Source: Bdellovibrionales bacterium (GTDB lineage Bacteria; Bdellovibrionota; Bdellovibrionia; Bdellovibrionales; Bdellovibrionaceae). From it: 64,000 nucleotides of DNA. Both the position numbers and the translations under genes were made by a program. The notes beneath the pieces were generated by a model. It was not told the DNA's origin and did no database searches. It saw only the letters and a program-made list of their open reading frames with translations. Shown one piece after another: positions 26,549 to 35,395 of the stretch. Location: positions 64,001 to 128,000 of the forward strand of contig JANMPT010000028.1 in NCBI GenBank assembly GCA_031370005.1. Direction: 5' to 3'. Every line of letters begins with the position of its first letter. Position 1 is the stretch's first letter.

Positions 26549-27547
26549 TTAATTAGTCAATGGCGAGTCAAACACTTGGCTTTTAGCAAATTCCGTAATT
26601 ACACGTCCTCGCTGAGTCTTTTGTATAAAACCTTCTTGCAAAAGAAAGGGCTCATAAACTTCTTCAATGGTATCACGCTCTTCACTGAGTGCTGCAGCAA
26701 TTGTATCTACGCCGACGGGGCCGCCTGCGTATTTTTCATGAATAAGCTGAAGGATTCTGCGATCCATTAGATCCAGCCCAAAACGATCAACACCCAATTT
26801 ATTCAGTGCAGAGTTGGCTAGATCCTGTGTAATTATCCCATTGCCTTGCACTTGAGCGAAGTCGCGCACACGTTTTAATAATCGAATAGCCACTCGTGGG
26901 GTTCCGCGCGATCGGCGTGAGATTTCCGCAGCTCCATTGGCCTCAAGTGCGATATTAAGAAGTTTGGCATCGCGCTCAAGAATTTGCTGCAAAGACTCTT
27001 TGTCGTAAAAATGCAATCTTTCGACAATCCCGAAACGATCACGAAAAGGAGCATTCAATAAGCCTGCCCGCGTGGTGGCTCCAATCAAAGTAAAGGGAGC
27101 TAACTGAAATTTCATCGAGCGAGCCCCAAGGCCATCGCCGGTGACAATATCGATATAGAAATCCTCCATCGCCGTGTAAAGATACTCTTCCACATGACGA
27201 CTGAGTCGATGAATCTCATCAATAAATAAAACTGACTGAGGTTTCAAACTGGTCAGGATCGCAGCAATATCGCCTTTTTTATCAATAGCAGGTGCCGACG
27301 TAGTTTTGAAATCCACGCCCATATCATTGGCAATAATTTTTGCCAGGGTGGTTTTTCCAAGCCCCGGAGGACCGCTCAATAAGGTATGGTCCAAGGCTTC
27401 GTTACGCCCCTTGGCTGCGCTTACAAAAATTTTTAACTTGTCTTTGACCTCATGCTGACCAGGAAAATCCTCAAAGTTTTGGGGCCTTAAGACATTTTCC
27501 CAGGATTTTTCACCCTCAGCTGGATCACCCTCTAAAATACGTCCCAA
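26549..27547 (-). CDS. ruvB: Holliday junction branch migration helicase RuvB
   Basis: LRPQ, GPPGLGKTTLA, FIDEIHRL and GTPRVA motifs; likely TTG start at 27547 after GGAG. Confidence 0.96.
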   Translation of the reverse strand: MGRILEGDPAEGEKSWENVLRPQNFEDFPGQHEVKDKLKIFVSAAKGRNEALDHTLLSGPPGLGKTTLAKIIANDMGVDFKTTSAPAIDKKGDIAAILTSLKPQSVLFIDEIHRLSRHVEEYLYTAMEDFYIDIVTGDGLGARSMKFQLAPFTLIGATTRAGLLNAPFRDRFGIVERLHFYDKESLQQILERDAKLLNIALEANGAAEISRRSRGTPRVAIRLLKRVRDFAQVQGNGIITQDLANSALNKLGVDRFGLDLMDRRILQLIHEKYAGGPVGVDTIAAALSEERDTIEEVYEPFLLQEGFIQKTQRGRVITEFAKSQVFDSPLTN

Positions 27548-27569
27548 GTTCACTCCATTTAAAACGGGT

Positions 27570-28154
27570 TTAAAACGGCTGTGCAAGTGCGGCCAAGCCT
27601 TGACGAACGCCCTCTTCTAAATTGGCATCTTTTGGCAAGGTCGATACAAAATGCTCCACAGCTTGCGGCTTAAAACCCAAGTTCAACAAAGCTGAGGTAA
27701 TGTCTGGCAAAAGACCGGGAGCTTTCTGTTTTGGATCATTTTTTTCAATTACAACTAATTTCCCTTTAAGGGTCAGAATAATTTGCTCAGCGGTTTTCTT
27801 TCCCACTTTCGGTAAACCAGACAAAGCCTTGGCATTGCTGCTTTCAATCATCTCATGAATTTGCTCAACTCGGCCCCCAGATAAAATACTCAGAGCCATC
27901 TTTGGCCCCACACCATTTACTTTCAAAAGAGATAGAAACAAATTCTTCTCTGGCCTTGAGTGAAAACCAAAAAGCTGAAAAGCATCCTCTCTTACGTGGG
28001 TATGAATCCACACGATGATTTCTTTGTTCATGAAATTCTGTAGATCCGACAGCGTATTGCCAGACGCTAAAATCTCATAGCCCACGCCATTAACATCAAC
28101 CAAGGCAGTATCTACTGTAACTTCTACTAAAATTCCTTTAAGGTAACCGATCAT
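27570..28154 (-). CDS. ruvA: Holliday junction branch migration protein RuvA
   Basis: MIGYLKG, DVNGVGYE, HVRED, VNGVGPKMAL and GKKTAEQI motifs. Confidence 0.95.
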   Translation of the reverse strand: MIGYLKGILVEVTVDTALVDVNGVGYEILASGNTLSDLQNFMNKEIIVWIHTHVREDAFQLFGFHSRPEKNLFLSLLKVNGVGPKMALSILSGGRVEQIHEMIESSNAKALSGLPKVGKKTAEQIILTLKGKLVVIEKNDPKQKAPGLLPDITSALLNLGFKPQAVEHFVSTLPKDANLEEGVRQGLAALAQPF

Positions 28155-28175
28155 AAAATCCCCAATAATAAATTT

Positions 28176-28685
28176 TTAAATCTCAATTGCACGACGAACA
28201 AGCTGCTGCCTTTGAATTTCATATGCGTGATGACAAGCCATAGCCAAGGCATCAGAGGCATCGAGACGATCGATTTTTTGCAAGCGCAACAAGGCTTTCA
28301 GAACCGCCTGCACCTGTTCTTTGCTGGCTCCACCATTCCCAGTCACCCCTTTTTTTGCCAGGCGCGTGGCATATTCAAAAACTTTGGCCCCACCGCAAAC
28401 AGACTCATACATCAAAATGCCACGGGCATGGCCTAATTTGAAAGCGCTATCAGTATTTTTACCTAGAAATATTTTTTCAATGACCACATGTTCCGGGCGA
28501 TATTTTTCCATGATTTCATGAAAGGCACTTCCGAGCTCCATCATGCGCTGAGGAAAGCTGCCATCCGTATCCATCACGATCACGCCATGACTGACATGTT
28601 CAAGGCGTCCCCCTTGTTGTATACGAACCAATCCAAAACCTGTAATACGTGAACCAGGATCTACACCCAAAATTAAATGACTCAT
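28176..28685 (-). CDS. ruvC: Holliday junction resolvase RuvC
   Basis: ILGVDPGSRITGFG, IEKIF, LGHARG and DASDALA motifs. Confidence 0.95.
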   Translation of the reverse strand: MSHLILGVDPGSRITGFGLVRIQQGGRLEHVSHGVIVMDTDGSFPQRMMELGSAFHEIMEKYRPEHVVIEKIFLGKNTDSAFKLGHARGILMYESVCGGAKVFEYATRLAKKGVTGNGGASKEQVQAVLKALLRLQKIDRLDASDALAMACHHAYEIQRQQLVRRAIEI

Positions 28686-28767
28686 CCGTGTATTTGAATT
28701 CGTCTCCCCTGGCAGGTCAATAAAAAGCTCTATTGAAATTCCTCAGTTAAGCTGTCATGATCAGCCC

Positions 28768-29601
28768 ATGCCCAAGATCGAAGCAAGTGCTATTGAAAAA
28801 TACCAAGTGATTCTGCAAAAAGATCCAAACTCCCAGGTGTTCGCGCCCTTGGCTGATGCTTATCGTGAGATGGGTATGTTGAAAGAGGCCGAGCAGATTG
28901 CCCGCATTGGAGTGAAGCGTCACCCTTCTTTTGCCTCAGGTTTTGTGGTTTATGCGCGTATTATGAAGGATCAGGGGCGTCCAGAGGACTGTTTGAAGCT
29001 CGCACAGAAAGCAGTGCAGCTATCGCCTGAAAATATTGTAGCCCACCACCTACAAGCAGAAATTTATTTGCAAAACAAACAGCCAAAAGAAGCTCTGAAG
29101 GCTTTTAAGATGGTTTTATTCTTAAATCCTCAGAGCGAACGCGCCCGCAAAGCCGTGGCAAAACTTGAAAGCTTAACTGCGGATGAGTACGACGATGATA
29201 TTTTTGAAATGAGTAAAATCGCCTCGCTCAAAGAACAATTTTGGATTGAAGATGAGGAAAAAGAAGACTCTGTAATTCATTCTGTGGCAAAAACCCCACC
29301 GACCTCGCCCCATGGCCTTGAGCGAATGCTTTCTTTAATCGATGCCTTTATCGTGCGCAATGATCTTAATAAAGCAAAAATGCTTCTGAGTGATACGCAA
29401 ACTGAGTTCGGAGACAACCCCGAAGTCTTACAAAGAATGAGGCTTCTCCATAGCCGCAGCGGTTCTATGATGGCAACTTCTGATGAAAATCAAGCCACCC
29501 CATTAAAACCTTTTGTCTCTCGAGAAAGAACTATTCAACAGCGAAAACTGGAGACTCTTGAGATGATGCTTCGCAATATTGATGAGTATCGGCAGCTTTA
29601 A
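28768..29601 (+). CDS. TPR-repeat protein
   Basis: 'DPNSQVFAPLADAYR' followed by TPR-like helical repeats. Confidence 0.75.
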   Translation: MPKIEASAIEKYQVILQKDPNSQVFAPLADAYREMGMLKEAEQIARIGVKRHPSFASGFVVYARIMKDQGRPEDCLKLAQKAVQLSPENIVAHHLQAEIYLQNKQPKEALKAFKMVLFLNPQSERARKAVAKLESLTADEYDDDIFEMSKIASLKEQFWIEDEEKEDSVIHSVAKTPPTSPHGLERMLSLIDAFIVRNDLNKAKMLLSDTQTEFGDNPEVLQRMRLLHSRSGSMMATSDENQATPLKPFVSRERTIQQRKLETLEMMLRNIDEYRQL

Positions 29602-29661
29602 TTGACCAGTCCCCATCCTCTTGGCTTATATTAATCCCTCATTATTTCAAATGAGGACACT

Positions 29662-30228
29662 ATGTACGAAACAGGCGATTTTAAAAAAGGGCTCAAGATT
29701 ATGGTTGAGGGAAAACCTTACGTGATCGTTGATTTTCAACACGTAAAACCTGGTAAGGGCAATCAGTTCTCTCGCACAAAATTAAGAAATCTTCTCACTG
29801 GGCAAAATCTCGAAGTTACTTTTAAATCTGGCGAGAAATTCGAGGTGCCTAATGTCGAAAACAAAGAAATGACCTATCTCTACAAAGACGATAACGGCTA
29901 TAGTTTTATGGACCAAGAGTCCTATGAACAAATCACCATGAACGAAGAAGAGCTTGGTGAGACTAGGTATTACCTTGTAGAAAACCTAAAAGTCGTCATT
30001 CTGATTTACAATGACAAAGCCGTCGCAGTAGACGTACCGAAGGCAGTAAACTTGAAAGTGGCAAAATCAGATCCAGGCATCAAAGGCGATCGCGTCTCCG
30101 GCGCAACAAAGCCTGCGACTATGGAGTCTGGACTTGTCGTCAATGTTCCCCTTCACATCAACGAAGGCGATACTCTTCGAATAGACACAGACTCCGGCGC
30201 CTACGTAGAGCGTGTTAATTTAAAATAA
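29662..30228 (+). CDS. efp: Elongation factor P
   Basis: HVKPGKG, YLYKD, PGIKGD…KPA and VPLHINEGD motifs. Confidence 0.97.
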   Translation: MYETGDFKKGLKIMVEGKPYVIVDFQHVKPGKGNQFSRTKLRNLLTGQNLEVTFKSGEKFEVPNVENKEMTYLYKDDNGYSFMDQESYEQITMNEEELGETRYYLVENLKVVILIYNDKAVAVDVPKAVNLKVAKSDPGIKGDRVSGATKPATMESGLVVNVPLHINEGDTLRIDTDSGAYVERVNLK

Positions 30229-30377
30229 GCCCACATTCAAACAAGGCCTTAGCCCAGGTTTTACTACCAAATACCCAGGGCTATATTTTAACAGATGCCT
30301 CGCGTTAAGCCTCCAGATTCACTGCAAAATAGCTGAAAATAATAAGGTTCATCCAAAATGAATTTTGGGGGCTATTT

Positions 30378-31427
30378 TTGACGCTTTCGCTTGAGCTGGA
30401 AATTAAAACCCTTCTGGAAGAATTTCGCGTTCCAGAAGCTGTTGCGGAAAAGCTGATCCAGCTTTTCGAAGACCATCCTGATGATTGGTCTGCAGAAAGC
30501 TTAAAAGAGCTTTCCCGCTTTCTGCTTTCTTGCGGCCTCTATAAACAATTAATTGGTTTTTGCCTAAGGCATCTCAGCGCTAAAGCATTTGTAATGCCCT
30601 GGCCATATTTCATCCAAGCTCTTGCCCTTGGCGCCCCAGAGCTTGAAGACGATATTGTGAAATTCATCGTCACAGGTATAGAGGAAGAAAATGCACTTGA
30701 GCAGGTCGCCCTAGGGCAGGGAGCGGAGCGCTTTATCCAAAATGTCGCGCAGTGGAGAAACGAGCTCAGACGCAAACGGCACAAGCAAGCAAGGGAACTT
30801 AAGCAGCAAATGCTAGATGAGCTTCTCACCCTGCGCACGCAGCAACTTTACGAACAAGAAAAGATCATGTTGGAAAAGCTGCAAAGAATGTTTCCTGGAG
30901 ACCAGGATATCAAGGACGAACTTCTCCAACATAAAGAACGCTATGCTCTAGAAATCCTCTCGCGTCGATCGCCTCTAGGGCGCAATACACACTCGGCTAA
31001 AGAAATGCCTACGAGTCCAGAGGTTCAGGCCGCCACAGATGCGCTTAAAAAATCTCTATTGGAAGCCGCAGTGATTTATCCTGAAATGGCTTTTGATTTT
31101 GCGGTGGCCACCTATATGCTCGATGAGCCACAAATCAGTTTAGCACTTCTTGAGACAACGGAACTCACTCCTGATCAGCGTTGGTTTTATTTGGAGGTGA
31201 AGTTAAAATGTCGTCATTTCCTAGAAGTACTCGCAGAGCTAAGTCCACTTGAGCTACGACTGGCAAATGAACCAGAAACATTCTTCGCCACGGCCTATCT
31301 TCGCGCCCAAGCCTATTGGGGGCTTGAGCAAAGATATGTCGCTATTGAAATTCTTGAAACTATTTTGGCTGCACGTCCGAACTACCGCGCTAGTTCCGCC
31401 CTTCTAGATCTCTGGAGATCGCAATGA
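30378..31427 (+). CDS. Helical/TPR protein, probable homologue of B. bacteriovorus Bd2492 (SgmX-like)
   Basis: C-terminal TPR 'YLRAQAYWGL…AIEILETILAARPNYR'; sits between efp and tamB-tamA (synteny recalled, not searched). Confidence 0.6.
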   Translation: MTLSLELEIKTLLEEFRVPEAVAEKLIQLFEDHPDDWSAESLKELSRFLLSCGLYKQLIGFCLRHLSAKAFVMPWPYFIQALALGAPELEDDIVKFIVTGIEEENALEQVALGQGAERFIQNVAQWRNELRRKRHKQARELKQQMLDELLTLRTQQLYEQEKIMLEKLQRMFPGDQDIKDELLQHKERYALEILSRRSPLGRNTHSAKEMPTSPEVQAATDALKKSLLEAAVIYPEMAFDFAVATYMLDEPQISLALLETTELTPDQRWFYLEVKLKCRHFLEVLAELSPLELRLANEPETFFATAYLRAQAYWGLEQRYVAIEILETILAARPNYRASSALLDLWRSQ

Positions 31428-34400
31428 GGCGCATACTGCTGATCCTATTGCCTCCTTTGTTTTTTCTAATACTTTTGGCAGTCGGCCTAAAATATTGGGC
31501 TATTCCTCATGCTGAAGTTTGGGCACTGCAAGAGCTAAAAGCATACTCTGAAGCAAATCTTCCGGTGGTGATTGGGGCAGAGAGCGTTCAATTCCATATT
31601 TTAAAAACTGCCGCCAGTATTGAAAAAATCACTATTACTCCGAAAAAAGATCTGCAAAAATTTACTGATAGCGTGAGCATTGAAAGCCTTAATATAAATC
31701 TGGATCTATTCCAACTTCTTACCGGTCGTCTGCTCATTTCAGCGATTTTAGTGAACTCACCAGTAGGTCGCATTCAACTGGATCCAATTTTAGACGACAC
31801 TTCCAAACCCAAGCCTTTGCCTCTAAATTTGATCTTCGAGTGGCTCGAAAAAACTCCCGTGGAGCGCATCTTTGTTCAGAATCTACAGCTTGAATTGCAA
31901 TCTAAAAAACATAAATCCTCCGCACTCCTGCAAGGTGCCGACCTGCTCTTGGGAAATCATCAAAACTCCCTCACTGGCCGATTGGATGTTCCACGTCTAA
32001 ACCTTACAATCTTTAACCATGGCCCATTGGAATCACGCTTCAGTGTCTCCGCAGCATTGGGCCGAGATACTTTACGCATTACAAGAGCCGTCGCACGCTA
32101 TGGGGAGTCTGAGGTGATCCTCAAAGGGGAGCTCGACAAGTTTTCCCAGGTCACACTTCATCCACTAGGAACTCTAGAGGCTACCGGGGATTTAAAGTTT
32201 CAGGAAATCATGCAACAAGTGCGTTTAATTTTTTCGGAAAACAAATTTCCTATTTTGAATGGCGAAGCTATTGCCAAGGTTAATGTCAGAATCAATGGCA
32301 AAGAACAAATCACAGGAAAAATGAATCTTAAAACAAAAAATGTTTCCTTGGACTCTTTTACCTTAGGAAACGCTTCCGTTCAGGGACTCTTTAAGGGCAA
32401 TAGTATTATCTTTCCTGAGGTTCAGATCAATCATCCGGCTGGCACCGCCCGTTTACTTAACACTGACATTCAACTAAACAACAATCTTGATTTTAAAACA
32501 CAAATTAAAGTTTCAAAACTCGATCTGCAAAAGCTTTTGCTTTCGTTGAATTTAAAATCCGTTCCTGTATGGATGAGTTTGCAAGCTGACCTTCCCTGCC
32601 AGGGGCAAATAAAATCTCCAATCAAAGTCACTTGCAATGCAGCCCTCAGTGCAGAAAATCTTTTCGTCACCTCAGATTATCGCAATCAAAAAGCCGTGAT
32701 TGCTGATATCGCCAAAATAAATGCTGAAGGGCAAGTCGAGATCACAGAAAAAGCTGTTACTTACAAGGCCAAGGTCTCTCTTGGTAACAGCACCGGTGAA
32801 AGTTCTGGCCACATTGAATTTGCTCAAGGTTTTAAAATCAATTATAGCTCCCCAAAGTTGGATTTATCAAATATTCGCAATCTAGCAAATCTCAAATTAA
32901 ACGGTTACGGCAGCCTTGAGGGTAGCACCTCAGGGGACGCCCGCTCGGCTGTTTTTGAAATGAAACTAAAAATGCAGGAATTTTCATTTGAGAATTATTA
33001 TCTTGGCCAACTCAATGGGCTCTTAGCCTTCAACCGTGGTCATCTTTTACTCAACGATCTGAATGGCTTTCTGCCAAAATCAAATTACCAGGGATCTATT
33101 AATGTAAATCTCACTGATTCAAAAATAGTGGGGCGGATTAGAGCCCCAACTTTAGATCTTGCGGATCTCATGAAGGTTTTTGAAGATCAATATCACTTCC
33201 CACTTTCGGTAAAGGCACCAGGCTCAGCCGACATTTCATTCTCCGGGCCATTGGACTTCTGGAAGCTCTCCTATCAGTTGGATTCCAAATTTAAAGGTGG
33301 CCAGTTCGCAGGCGAATCTTTTGATGAACTTGCCATTAACGTCCAATCCACCCAAGGAAATTTGCAAATTCAAAAGGCAACTGTCAGAAAAAATCAAGCT
33401 CTTCTCGTGGCTACAGGCGGAATCAGTCCTCAGAAGGATTTAAACCTGAAACTTGAGGGAAGAAATTTCCGCCTAGATGAGTCTGATTTTATTTCTAAAA
33501 TTAGCACCAATATTTTTGGCATTCTCAATTTCACCAGCCAAATTCACGGAAAAATCACTGAGCCAGATATTTCTCTTCGCGGCAGCATCACTGAAACCGT
33601 GCTTGATGAACAAGAAGCACCTTCCTCTTTTTTCGATATTAAAGTTCGTAAAACTGTCATGGAAGGCAATGCCAATTTCTTTGGTCACCGCATTCAAGCC
33701 GATTGGCTTCTTCCGTTTAACAGCTCGCCAATGCGCCTCAGACTTAAAACTGTGGATTGGAATTACGCAGCTCTATTGTCTATCCTGAGCGGCAATCCCT
33801 ATCAAAATGAATATGACTCAAGACTAACTGCTGACGTAGATTTACATTCTGAAACTGGTCAGTGGCAAAAAGCAAGTGGCCTGATCCAAATTAAGAATTT
33901 ATACTTAAGGCGTAGTAATCTGAGCTTTCGCAACCAAGATCCTATTCAAATAAAAATGGACACTGGCAAGATCCACATTCAAAACTTTAACCTCGAGGGC
34001 CCACAAAATAGTATTCAACTCAAGGGCGATGACTTTACACTCAATAATCTCAATGTAAACTTAGTCGCAAATACTGAGCTTCGCCTCTTCCAGATGTTCT
34101 TCCCATTTCTTGACGACTTAGGGGGCTCTATCCAGGCCTCTGCAACCTTTTCTGGCTCTTTGTTTAAACCACAGATTTTAGGAAGCCTGACGACAAATAA
34201 TAGCTTTGTAAAAATCAAAGGATTTCCACATCCAATTGAGCGCATCCAAGCGGAAGTAAATTTTTCACAAACGAAAGTTCTTATTAACTCGGTAAAAGCA
34301 CAAATGGCTGGCGGTGTGATTACAGCTGACGGCAATGTGACCATTAATGAGTACCGTGATATCCCAACTTCAATTCACATTGGCCTTGATGGCGTCAATC

Positions 34401-35395
34401 TCAATATTCCGGATAAAGTCCACACTTCAGGATCAGCTGACTTACTTCTTTCCGGTAAATGGTTCCCATTCCTACTTTCCGGCACCTACAAAGTGAGTAG
34501 CGGAATCTTTGAAAGAGAATTCACCGAAGGCGGCGACACCGGTTTAAATAATTCCCGACAAAGTGTTTATCTGCCAAAAATACTTCGTCAGACAAAATTC
34601 GAATCTTTGGTTTTAGATATTCAAATTCTTTTTGAGAAAAGTTTCCTGGTCAAAAACTCCCTCGTGGATGGTTCAGTACAGGGAAACCTCCAGGTGAAAG
34701 GTTCGACTTCAAACCCCATTTTACTTGGACGACTTCAAGCAGATAAAAATACCAAGCTAATTTTCAAAGATAAAAGCTTCGAAGTGCTGACCGCCAATAT
34801 TCTTTTCAATAATCCAAACGAGATCAACCCTGAACTTTATGTCTCAGCACAAGCACGAGTGAGTGACTATGACATTATGATCTTAGCACAGGGGCCTGCA
34901 AAAAATTTAAAATCCATTCGCCTCACCAGCGTCCCCCCATTGCCGGAGCAAGATATTATCTCGTTGTTGGCACTGGGAGTAATTTCCTCGCGCTCTGACA
35001 CCAACGCCCAGGGGCGCGAGCAATCAGTCCAAGCTGGATATGAATTGGGCTTTGCGATTATGTCTCAACCAATCAATAAGCAGCTGCAAGACCGCTTGGG
35101 CCTCAACGTGCAATTTACATCCTCATTCGATACCACTCGGAATATCAGCGTGCCTAAAGTCACTGTCAGTCGTAAATTATCCAACAAGGTGAATGCCTCC
35201 GCAAGCCGTACCTTAGGCTCTGATGCCAATGACGTAGAGGTGAAATTGCGTTATTTAATTAATCAGAATGTCTCGGCCATTGGTAGCTATGAAAATAGTC
35301 AAACTCTTCAGGGCGGACAAGGTCTTACAAACACAACTCGACAAAAAGAAAATGTCTTTGGTTTAGATCTCGAATTTAGAAAGGAGTTCAAATAA
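31424..35395 (+). CDS. tamB: TamB/AsmA-like translocation-assembly module protein
   Basis: N-terminal TM anchor, long beta-rich body, DUF490-like C-terminus 'LTSVPPLPEQDIISLLALG'. Confidence 0.85.
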   Translation: MRRILLILLPPLFFLILLAVGLKYWAIPHAEVWALQELKAYSEANLPVVIGAESVQFHILKTAASIEKITITPKKDLQKFTDSVSIESLNINLDLFQLLTGRLLISAILVNSPVGRIQLDPILDDTSKPKPLPLNLIFEWLEKTPVERIFVQNLQLELQSKKHKSSALLQGADLLLGNHQNSLTGRLDVPRLNLTIFNHGPLESRFSVSAALGRDTLRITRAVARYGESEVILKGELDKFSQVTLHPLGTLEATGDLKFQEIMQQVRLIFSENKFPILNGEAIAKVNVRINGKEQITGKMNLKTKNVSLDSFTLGNASVQGLFKGNSIIFPEVQINHPAGTARLLNTDIQLNNNLDFKTQIKVSKLDLQKLLLSLNLKSVPVWMSLQADLPCQGQIKSPIKVTCNAALSAENLFVTSDYRNQKAVIADIAKINAEGQVEITEKAVTYKAKVSLGNSTGESSGHIEFAQGFKINYSSPKLDLSNIRNLANLKLNGYGSLEGSTSGDARSAVFEMKLKMQEFSFENYYLGQLNGLLAFNRGHLLLNDLNGFLPKSNYQGSINVNLTDSKIVGRIRAPTLDLADLMKVFEDQYHFPLSVKAPGSADISFSGPLDFWKLSYQLDSKFKGGQFAGESFDELAINVQSTQGNLQIQKATVRKNQALLVATGGISPQKDLNLKLEGRNFRLDESDFISKISTNIFGILNFTSQIHGKITEPDISLRGSITETVLDEQEAPSSFFDIKVRKTVMEGNANFFGHRIQADWLLPFNSSPMRLRLKTVDWNYAALLSILSGNPYQNEYDSRLTADVDLHSETGQWQKASGLIQIKNLYLRRSNLSFRNQDPIQIKMDTGKIHIQNFNLEGPQNSIQLKGDDFTLNNLNVNLVANTELRLFQMFFPFLDDLGGSIQASATFSGSLFKPQILGSLTTNNSFVKIKGFPHPIERIQAEVNFSQTKVLINSVKAQMAGGVITADGNVTINEYRDIPTSIHIGLDGVNLNIPDKVHTSGSADLLLSGKWFPFLLSGTYKVSSGIFEREFTEGGDTGLNNSRQSVYLPKILRQTKFESLVLDIQILFEKSFLVKNSLVDGSVQGNLQVKGSTSNPILLGRLQADKNTKLIFKDKSFEVLTANILFNNPNEINPELYVSAQARVSDYDIMILAQGPAKNLKSIRLTSVPPLPEQDIISLLALGVISSRSDTNAQGREQSVQAGYELGFAIMSQPINKQLQDRLGLNVQFTSSFDTTRNISVPKVTVSRKLSNKVNASASRTLGSDANDVEVKLRYLINQNVSAIGSYENSQTLQGGQGLTNTTRQKENVFGLDLEFRKEFK

